A stretch of DNA of 54,442 nt, from positions 1-54,442 of IMG/VR virus record IMGVR_UViG_3300025727_000815; one strand, 5' to 3'. Below the pieces are notes generated by a model. The model made no database searches and was not told the origin of the DNA. It worked only from the letters and a program-made list of their open reading frames with translations. The DNA comes from a virus (Duplodnaviria > Caudoviricetes). Below are positions 38,235 to 45,375 of the stretch, piece by piece (positions within the stretch are counted from its first letter, which is position 1; the number at the start of each line of letters is the position of its first letter). Both the position numbers and the translations under genes were made by a program.

Positions 38235-39566
38235 TTACACCTTTTTCAGCTTTGGAAGTTTTATTTTAGTAGGCTCTACATTAGAATCGCTAACCTTTTT
38301 AAGTTTAGGTAAATTCAGTTGTACCTCTTTCGGAAATTCTGGAACATATTTATCAAGAATCATTCCTAATTTTTCTGTCATTTTCTGTCGAGTAAAATTT
38401 CTAGCATAAATTTTCTGTCTCTGAGATTTTTTACTATATTTTTTGTATTGTTTAAAACAATTAACCAACTCTTTTTTGATCAAACCATAATCACAAGTAA
38501 ACCATTGAGCTCCATCTTGATATATATTCTCTGGAAATGCATCTTTTGGAACTTCTGTTAATCTTCCTTTCAGAAGAGTAACGGCGTCCTTTTTAAGAAA
38601 ATCTATATGACCACTCCAATTACTAACCAACATAGGCTTTCCAGTAGTTGAAAATTCTAAAATAGGTCTTCCAAAACCTTCTCCGTGTGTAAACATAGTC
38701 ATAGCTTTTACTTTTGGATGATTATATAAAGCATTCATTTGGTCATCTGTCAAATCTCCGTGTAATAAATACACTGGGGGTAACTTCTGTCCTGGAAATT
38801 GTTTTTTAATTTGTTCAATTTTACCTAATACCTCGTGCCTATCAAGTACTGACGGAGTAGCACCTGTAGTTTTCAATATCAATGCTGGTTTATTTGGCTT
38901 TCTACCAAAAGTCTCATAAAATATTTTAATTAATGCACCAACATCTTTTCTATCATTACCTAAACCTCCCTGTAACCAATGTCCAGTAAAAAAATAACAA
39001 AAATTCTCTTTAATTTTTGATAATTCTTCGTTTATAAAATCATCTGTTGTAACTTTTCCATAAATATTCTCATTATACCCCTCAAACAATACTTCTATAG
39101 GTTTCTCTAAAAGTAATTCTCCAACCTTTTCTTTAGTTTCTTCGTTATTCTTATCAAATTTAGTCTTAACAATCCATTCTTTAGTAAATTCAGATGGAAC
39201 TATATTTAAATCCATCCTATTTAACCCTTCTAACCATTCAGGTCTTACTGCGGTAAATTCAGCCCCTGCGGTGATACCTATATTATATTTACCCCACGTC
39301 TGAAATTCATTTGGAACTACAATATGAATATGAAGTTCTGGTTGCTTGTCTAAATGTGGTTGTGGTAAATACCTTTCCAGTATTTTTCTATCTTCTGGAT
39401 CATTTTCATCCAAAGCATTTTGTGGTGTAGATCCCCATCTAACTGGCATTACCTTTACATCATATAAATCTAAATCAATAAGTGAATGTACTATATCTCT
39501 GGAATGTGCCCCATACCCACTTCTTGTACCTACTGGTGCTGTAACTAAACATACTGGTTTACTCAT
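38235..39566 (-). CDS. GT-B (GT4-like) glycosyltransferase
   Basis: Likely start MSKPVCL; SGYG, GEGFGRPILE, WSGHIDF. Confidence 0.85.
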   Translation of the reverse strand: MSKPVCLVTAPVGTRSGYGAHSRDIVHSLIDLDLYDVKVMPVRWGSTPQNALDENDPEDRKILERYLPQPHLDKQPELHIHIVVPNEFQTWGKYNIGITAGAEFTAVRPEWLEGLNRMDLNIVPSEFTKEWIVKTKFDKNNEETKEKVGELLLEKPIEVLFEGYNENIYGKVTTDDFINEELSKIKENFCYFFTGHWLQGGLGNDRKDVGALIKIFYETFGRKPNKPALILKTTGATPSVLDRHEVLGKIEQIKKQFPGQKLPPVYLLHGDLTDDQMNALYNHPKVKAMTMFTHGEGFGRPILEFSTTGKPMLVSNWSGHIDFLKKDAVTLLKGRLTEVPKDAFPENIYQDGAQWFTCDYGLIKKELVNCFKQYKKYSKKSQRQKIYARNFTRQKMTEKLGMILDKYVPEFPKEVQLNLPKLKKVSDSNVEPTKIKLPKLKKV

Positions 39567-39936
39567 CTTCGTACCACTCATGCTCTTCCTCTTCAAATTC
39601 TTCGTCATAATCTCCACTTCCATCAAATGTATATGTATTTGTATAACTATTTTGATAATCGTCTGACATCCACACAAACTCTCCCTTGAAAGTAAAATCT
39701 AATTCTTCTTGTAATGTTATCATAAGATGTAACACTTCATCGGCATAATTATATCTCCACGGGTCTTCATTATCCCCCATAAGAATAATATTACCATCTT
39801 CAACCTCTAATACTTCCTCTATTATATTCCATTCATTAGAACCATCTGTAAATTCAAGAACTTTATCTACTCTATCTTTAGTTATTTTCTTACCATTACC
39901 TTCTAAATCAAAACTAAAACCATTATAATCACTCAT
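39559..39936 (-). CDS. Acidic hypothetical protein
   Basis: 125 aa, between the two GT4 genes. Confidence 0.7.
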   Translation of the reverse strand: MSDYNGFSFDLEGNGKKITKDRVDKVLEFTDGSNEWNIIEEVLEVEDGNIILMGDNEDPWRYNYADEVLHLMITLQEELDFTFKGEFVWMSDDYQNSYTNTYTFDGSGDYDEEFEEEEHEWYEDE

Positions 39937-41325
39937 TTACGCCTCATATAACTTAAATTGTTTTCTTGGTGTCCATTTCTCAAATGCAGTATCCATATCT
40001 TCTATGAATCTCTCACTCATTCTCTTAGCTGAAAGACAAGTATCTTCTCTCAACATCCACTCTCTACCTTCCAAACCAAACTTATCTCTATCTTCTTTTG
40101 GTGTCTGATACCATTCATATAATTTTTCTGCTGCATCTTCAAAACTTGGTCTATCATCAAAAATATATGGTGTTGGTACTGAACCTTGTAGTGAACGATT
40201 AGAAGGCCATACTGGTTTTGTCCAACTTCCGTGAGTAAGTCTTGGATTATCTTTCCACTTCTTTGCATCGTGTAAAGAATGTATATCTGTATAATCTTCT
40301 GCTGTCAATAATTTACCATCAAGTCTAAATCCACATTGATCTTGCATTCCACCAGTAACATTTACTGTCATTGGAGTACCCGCCATTACTGATTCTGCTG
40401 TTCCTAGTCCAAATCCTTCGTTGGAAGCCAGATTAATAGTAACATCTGCAAAATTATATAAATAATTTAAACATTCTGGAGTTAGTTTTTCCGTTGAAAA
40501 TTTAACATTTTTTCCAGGTGCTACTGCATCTGCTACCGCCATCAAGTCAGTTCCATTTTCATCAATTGGATTTGTATGCATTAACAATAAACATTTATTT
40601 CTTTTTTCTTCTGGAAGCATATCTACAAATGTACTAAATGATAGTATTACATCACCTGGTAATTTTCTACGAATATTTCTAGCGTTAAAAAATACTACAA
40701 ATTCAAAATCTTCAACTGGATGTTTACTTTCTTTCATAAAATTTTGATAACCTTTGTCATCTCTAGGTAAAGGTTTAAAAACATCTTGATTTATTCCATG
40801 TGGAACATAAGTTACTTGCCAATCTTCAGGTGGTTCTTGATGCCAAACATTATTAACAATATTTACAGTTTGTTTAGATATATTCATAATCAAATCACAC
40901 GATTCATAATATGGTTCATTCCACATTGGATAAGGTAAATCATCCCATATATTATAATAAAAAATCGGTATCTGTGACCGAATTTCATGCTCCATAGAAT
41001 ATAACCAAGTCCAAAATCTTGGATCTGTATAGTGTAGAATTGCGTCTGGTTTTTCTTTTCGCATTACTGCTCTCAACAACTCTTGGTCTCCATATCCGTC
41101 ACATGGATAAATCATCAAATATGGATCTTCAATTTCAGGACTTACTTGTCTTATATCATCCCGCATATCAAACACTTTACCTGTTTCTGGATGTTTAATA
41201 GCTCCACCTATCTGTACCCAATCGTAATGATTAATTGTACCTAATACAAATTCCTTCGAAACTGTACCTACTCCACTCGACATTCGTAAATCGTCTGAGA
41301 GTAGTAATATTTTCTTTTTATTCAT
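39937..41325 (-). CDS. GT4 glycosyltransferase
   Basis: SGVG, VPHGI, RNIRRK, NEGFGLGTAES. Confidence 0.88.
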   Translation of the reverse strand: MNKKKILLLSDDLRMSSGVGTVSKEFVLGTINHYDWVQIGGAIKHPETGKVFDMRDDIRQVSPEIEDPYLMIYPCDGYGDQELLRAVMRKEKPDAILHYTDPRFWTWLYSMEHEIRSQIPIFYYNIWDDLPYPMWNEPYYESCDLIMNISKQTVNIVNNVWHQEPPEDWQVTYVPHGINQDVFKPLPRDDKGYQNFMKESKHPVEDFEFVVFFNARNIRRKLPGDVILSFSTFVDMLPEEKRNKCLLLMHTNPIDENGTDLMAVADAVAPGKNVKFSTEKLTPECLNYLYNFADVTINLASNEGFGLGTAESVMAGTPMTVNVTGGMQDQCGFRLDGKLLTAEDYTDIHSLHDAKKWKDNPRLTHGSWTKPVWPSNRSLQGSVPTPYIFDDRPSFEDAAEKLYEWYQTPKEDRDKFGLEGREWMLREDTCLSAKRMSERFIEDMDTAFEKWTPRKQFKLYEA

Positions 41326-41519
41326 AACATACTTCCCGAATGTTCCAATTCTTGATATTCATCAATTTTCTTTTTAAACTCTCCATCCGTTGTATATAAA
41401 TCCAATGATCTATTAACAAGTTTTTGAAGAGTAAACTCATCTTCTAAACAAAACCTTTTAAATCTCTTATGAAGGCTTGTTAGAATCTTTACTGATGTTA
41501 ATTTTAAATCTTCGTTCAT
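41322..41519 (-). CDS. Small ribbon-helix-helix-like protein
   Basis: LTSVKI...FKRFC...LQKLVNRSLDLY. Confidence 0.55.
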   Translation of the reverse strand: MNEDLKLTSVKILTSLHKRFKRFCLEDEFTLQKLVNRSLDLYTTDGEFKKKIDEYQELEHSGSML

Positions 41520-41566
41520 AACATAATCTCTTATTCCATATATACATATATATAATAAATATATAC

Positions 41567-41968
41567 TTAATTTATAATAATAACCTTTTTATTAAAGTTT
41601 TCAGCGTGATTTAGTGTATTACGAGTTCCATTTGATTCAACTCCCTCTGGTATAAAACCTACAACCATATCACTATAATTTGCTATCTCTTTATTCCTTT
41701 TAAAGTAATTCCATACTGCATATGGTTTACCATAATTAAATGCTTCCCTGATACAAAATTGGTTATGTGGAAAATGTGCTGGTGGAAATTCAACATATCT
41801 TAAATCCAACTCCATTGATACCTGTTTAGCAAATTTATCTGCTCCATATTTACATCCACCACTAACAATTTCCAATTTATCACCAAACTGTTCTTTACAT
41901 TGAAAAATAAATTCTTTTATTTTTAGTTTATTATCGTACTTACGACTACCTACTATCGCCACTTTCAT
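41567..41968 (-). CDS. SLOG/DUF2493 (YspA-like) protein
   Basis: IVGSR, VSGGCKYGAD, RNKEIA. Confidence 0.8.
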   Translation of the reverse strand: MKVAIVGSRKYDNKLKIKEFIFQCKEQFGDKLEIVSGGCKYGADKFAKQVSMELDLRYVEFPPAHFPHNQFCIREAFNYGKPYAVWNYFKRNKEIANYSDMVVGFIPEGVESNGTRNTLNHAENFNKKVIIIN

Positions 41969-42395
41969 TATAATTATGGTCTGTCCTTTTTTGTATTTTT
42001 TTAGGTTTGGGTCCAGTTGTAAAACTTAAAATTTCATCAAAATGTTTAATACCGTCCACTATTTTAGATTTATCAATATAAGAATATGAAAATCTACTAT
42101 TATAGCCTGTTTTATTCTCATAAGTATATGGGATTATATCAAACCAAATAAAATCCTTTGGTGAATTTACGAAAGATGTTCTAATAACCGTTCTAAAATG
42201 TTGTCTAGATTCCCAATTTTTAATAAACTCCTTTAACTGTCCCAAATCTTTCTTATCGTCAGTATCATACCACAAATATAAAGTTATGGGTGCCAAACTT
42301 TTTTTATATATTTTTTCTAACTGTTCTATATTAGTATTTAAATTTTCTATAAAATCTGGTAAATAAAACCTTAGAGTTACTCTCATTCTATTCAT
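41946..42395 (-). CDS. Hypothetical protein
   Basis: 149-aa ORF in operon. Confidence 0.7.
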   Translation of the reverse strand: MNRMRVTLRFYLPDFIENLNTNIEQLEKIYKKSLAPITLYLWYDTDDKKDLGQLKEFIKNWESRQHFRTVIRTSFVNSPKDFIWFDIIPYTYENKTGYNSRFSYSYIDKSKIVDGIKHFDEILSFTTGPKPKKIQKRTDHNYNESGDSR

Positions 42396-43285
42396 TATTT
42401 TATCCCTTCATCGCAATACTCAGTTTGATTGAATTCACAAAATCTACAAGTTTTTTTACTTGCATTTTTTAAATAATCCTTATGTTTATGCTCTCCACCA
42501 TCAAATCCATCATCCAAGAAATCACTCAAATTTTTTACAACTTTATTTATAGACGGTGTTCCATTAGCCGGAACAAAAGATTGAACTCTTTTCTGCGGCC
42601 AATCCACATTTTCATATAATTTTCTTTTAACAATAAAATATTCTACATCAATTTTGTCCATTGGTGTATCAAATTGTTTAGAATAAAACTGTTTGTATAA
42701 TAATAATTGGTCTGTTTTTTTCTTATCTGTTTTCATCCACTTATTCCAACCCATTGTGGAAGTTTTAATATCTATAATTTTTATCTTCCCAGTTATTTTA
42801 TTCTCAAGGATCAAATCAACAAACCCCCTAAACCCAATTAAATCTGTAAGTGGATAATTTAATTCTGTCTCTATACCCCGTAAAACCCATCCTTTTTTAG
42901 AAAAATAATCACCTCTACGTTTTTTAAGAAAATCTAAAATAGCGACACCATCTTTCCAAAACTCTGTTAATTCTTCGGGAGTAGTGAAATGTTCTGCTCC
43001 ATCTACTTCCATAATTTCGGCATATAACTTTTTCATTTTAGACAACAACATAGTATTCAAATCTAATTCATTAGCCGCTTTAGCTGATACTTCATAAATA
43101 GTCTTAACCCAAATCTGCATAATTTCATGCATACTTGTTCCAAACATTGTATGAATACTATCCGTAAAGGTAGATAATCTATCAATATAATTTAATTTCC
43201 ATCTATGTGGACATTGTGACCACATAGAATATTGAGAATAACTAACTTTTAATTTTCCAGACAAATTACTTACCCCACTTACCAC
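42395..43285 (-). CDS. PD-(D/E)XK (RecB/Cas4-like) exonuclease
   Basis: SYSQ..CP, GFVDL, IDIKT, QLLLY, CRFC. Confidence 0.88.
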   Translation of the reverse strand: MVSGVSNLSGKLKVSYSQYSMWSQCPHRWKLNYIDRLSTFTDSIHTMFGTSMHEIMQIWVKTIYEVSAKAANELDLNTMLLSKMKKLYAEIMEVDGAEHFTTPEELTEFWKDGVAILDFLKKRRGDYFSKKGWVLRGIETELNYPLTDLIGFRGFVDLILENKITGKIKIIDIKTSTMGWNKWMKTDKKKTDQLLLYKQFYSKQFDTPMDKIDVEYFIVKRKLYENVDWPQKRVQSFVPANGTPSINKVVKNLSDFLDDGFDGGEHKHKDYLKNASKKTCRFCEFNQTEYCDEGIK

Positions 43286-43679
43286 GATTTACTATTGTTG
43301 CCATAATACCATAGTTACTAACATCGAGATAGGCATCTTCAATAGGTTCGTCTTTTACAGCTGACTTTCTGTTATTCAACAGTAATGTTTTAACTCGTTG
43401 TATTTTGTCATTCATCCTGAAAAAAAGACCGATTAGGGATAATCTTACTTCTTCTGGTGTTTGTAGTTGTGTACCGACTGAAATATTACCTGGACCATAA
43501 TCGTGTTGTTTATGTAAAAACAATTCATATTGTTCTTTTTGTATCTTCTTAAACTCATTGGTCATTTCAGGCCATTCTTCTTCCATCAAAGTAACAACTG
43601 ACTTATCACCATTAGCATTACCATATGTTTCTTCTAACGACACACCTTTTTTTGTACTTGACTCTTTAATAACTTTCAT
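43266..43679 (-). CDS. DUF1599-like nucleotide-modification-associated protein
   Basis: KQHDYG, RMNDKIQR, EDAYLDVSNYG. Confidence 0.8.
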   Translation of the reverse strand: MKVIKESSTKKGVSLEETYGNANGDKSVVTLMEEEWPEMTNEFKKIQKEQYELFLHKQHDYGPGNISVGTQLQTPEEVRLSLIGLFFRMNDKIQRVKTLLLNNRKSAVKDEPIEDAYLDVSNYGIMATIVNRGKWGK

Positions 43680-43680
43680 T

Positions 43681-44106
43681 TTATAATCCCATTTGTTTTA
43701 ATTCTTTATTGGCATAACCATACTTTGAAACTAACTCTCTAATTTGTTTTTTTGATAATAGATTTAAATAATCTTCTGATTCTGACTGACTTATTTGAAA
43801 ATATTCTGAGAATGTCTGAATAACTTGTTTACTATAAATAGTTCCTTTTTTCTTCTTAATATATTTTAAATACTGCTTACCCTTCGGTAATATACTGGAA
43901 TATACAACATAAAGTTGGTACGAGTCAAGCTTTAATTTCTGTATTTCATTAACAAAATCAGTCCACTCCATCTTCATAGATAGAAAACGGTTAATCATAT
44001 AATTAGACCATTGTTTCTTCTCTCTATCGTTTAGAGAATCCCAATAACCTTTGGTCTGTTTTGACGTAATATGATTTATGTGATCAAATAGTGATTTTAA
44101 TTTCAT
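43681..44106 (-). CDS. Clamp loader small subunit (T4 gp62-like)
   Basis: YMINRFLS...LPKGKQYLKYIK pattern; replication module context. Confidence 0.7.
   Translation of the reverse strand: MKLKSLFDHINHITSKQTKGYWDSLNDREKKQWSNYMINRFLSMKMEWTDFVNEIQKLKLDSYQLYVVYSSILPKGKQYLKYIKKKKGTIYSKQVIQTFSEYFQISQSESEDYLNLLSKKQIRELVSKYGYANKELKQMGL
43899..43928 (-). promoter_or_regulatory. Early promoter embedded inside the clamp-loader small subunit gene
   Basis: AAAGCTTGACTCGTACCAACTTTATGTTGTATATT matches the family consensus including flanks. Confidence 0.7.
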
Positions 44107-44257
44107 GAATTGAAACCTTTTAAATAAATAGTATATTAACTATCCAAATACTATAATTATTTTTTAAGTATAACAATATTAATTTCACAGTAATATGTGT
44201 GAAATTTTTAATTTAAATGAATGTGGATTTAATTATTATTAATAATTAAATTTAAAA

Positions 44258-44527
44258 TTATAACTTATCCGATATCCAATCATTCGCGACAGTTAGTTTT
44301 TCTGCCGAAGTAAATTCTACTGGATCCTCTCCAGGATATGTAATATCACTACTGGTCACGTGGGCCTTGAAATCATCACTTGAAACTACCACAGCATCAC
44401 CCGGCACATCTGTATCAAGTGCACTTCCATATAAAAAAGACCCCGATGGGAAATATCCACCATCTATTACATATGATGGTATGGTAGAACCATCTTGAAG
44501 TTCATATTTTACAATTACAGTTGCCAT
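44258..44527 (-). CDS. Hypothetical protein (island)
   Basis: 89 aa; AGGAG RBS. Confidence 0.75.
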   Translation of the reverse strand: MATVIVKYELQDGSTIPSYVIDGGYFPSGSFLYGSALDTDVPGDAVVVSSDDFKAHVTSSDITYPGEDPVEFTSAEKLTVANDWISDKL

Positions 44528-44536
44528 TGTGATCTC

Positions 44537-45349
44537 CTATTTAATTCCATTTTTTAATTGTTTTTTATTTTCCGACGGATTCTCTAACAAATCTTCTGTT
44601 TTACCATATAATCCACTATTTAATCCAATCAAACCTTCTCGTAAACCTTTTAATTGTTCGGCCTCAAGTGCTATTCTATCAATATCAAGTAATCCACTCT
44701 CATTCAACATCGAAACTTGAAATTTTTCATTCAAAACGGGCCTTTCTTCAATATGTTGAATAGTTTCCCAAACACTCTTAGAGATTCCAGTAATTCTAGA
44801 TTTGGCCTCCCATAGTGCCTGATTTTCTATATTCCATTTCCAATATTTGGGCATTTCTTCCTGATATTGTTCATTAGTTGGGACGATCCCATCATTCATT
44901 TCTATCAATTTGACTCTCATTTTTTCAAAATTATTACACATAGATAATTTATTTTGAAGTGCAACCTCATCAAGAAATCTTTTGTTTTTTAAAGTTAATA
45001 TCCATAAATCTGTAAATTTTTCTTCAAACTCACCGTTAGCACCAGTACGAATTGTTATTTTTTTCTCTCCCCGTTCCAATGCCTCTTCATATTCTTTTAT
45101 AAGTCTACTCGATTCCTCTATGTCAGTACAAAATCTAATTGATTCACTCAGAGAGAATACATACTGTCGCATCATAAAATGGAAATTATGTGCTATGAAC
45201 TGTCCCTCTTTCATTACTGTGAATTTCTCCACATCGAAATCCGATTTCAACTGTCCCATCTCTATAAACTGTGAATATAAATCTTCCATTTGTCCTTGAT
45301 GGGATTCTCGAATTTCCTCCAATTTAGTAATATCATATTTTTTCTTCAT
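44537..45349 (-). CDS. Helical/coiled-coil hypothetical protein (island)
   Basis: 270 aa, Glu/Lys-rich, directly after the polyprotein. Confidence 0.75.
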   Translation of the reverse strand: MKKKYDITKLEEIRESHQGQMEDLYSQFIEMGQLKSDFDVEKFTVMKEGQFIAHNFHFMMRQYVFSLSESIRFCTDIEESSRLIKEYEEALERGEKKITIRTGANGEFEEKFTDLWILTLKNKRFLDEVALQNKLSMCNNFEKMRVKLIEMNDGIVPTNEQYQEEMPKYWKWNIENQALWEAKSRITGISKSVWETIQHIEERPVLNEKFQVSMLNESGLLDIDRIALEAEQLKGLREGLIGLNSGLYGKTEDLLENPSENKKQLKNGIK

Positions 45350-45375
45350 TATTATTGTTACCTTTATTTATTTAA

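Noticed and set aside
42395-43285. Cas4-like nuclease as evidence of CRISPR-Cas
   Set aside because: Stand-alone PD-(D/E)XK exonucleases are common in phage replication modules; no other cas genes or array in the window
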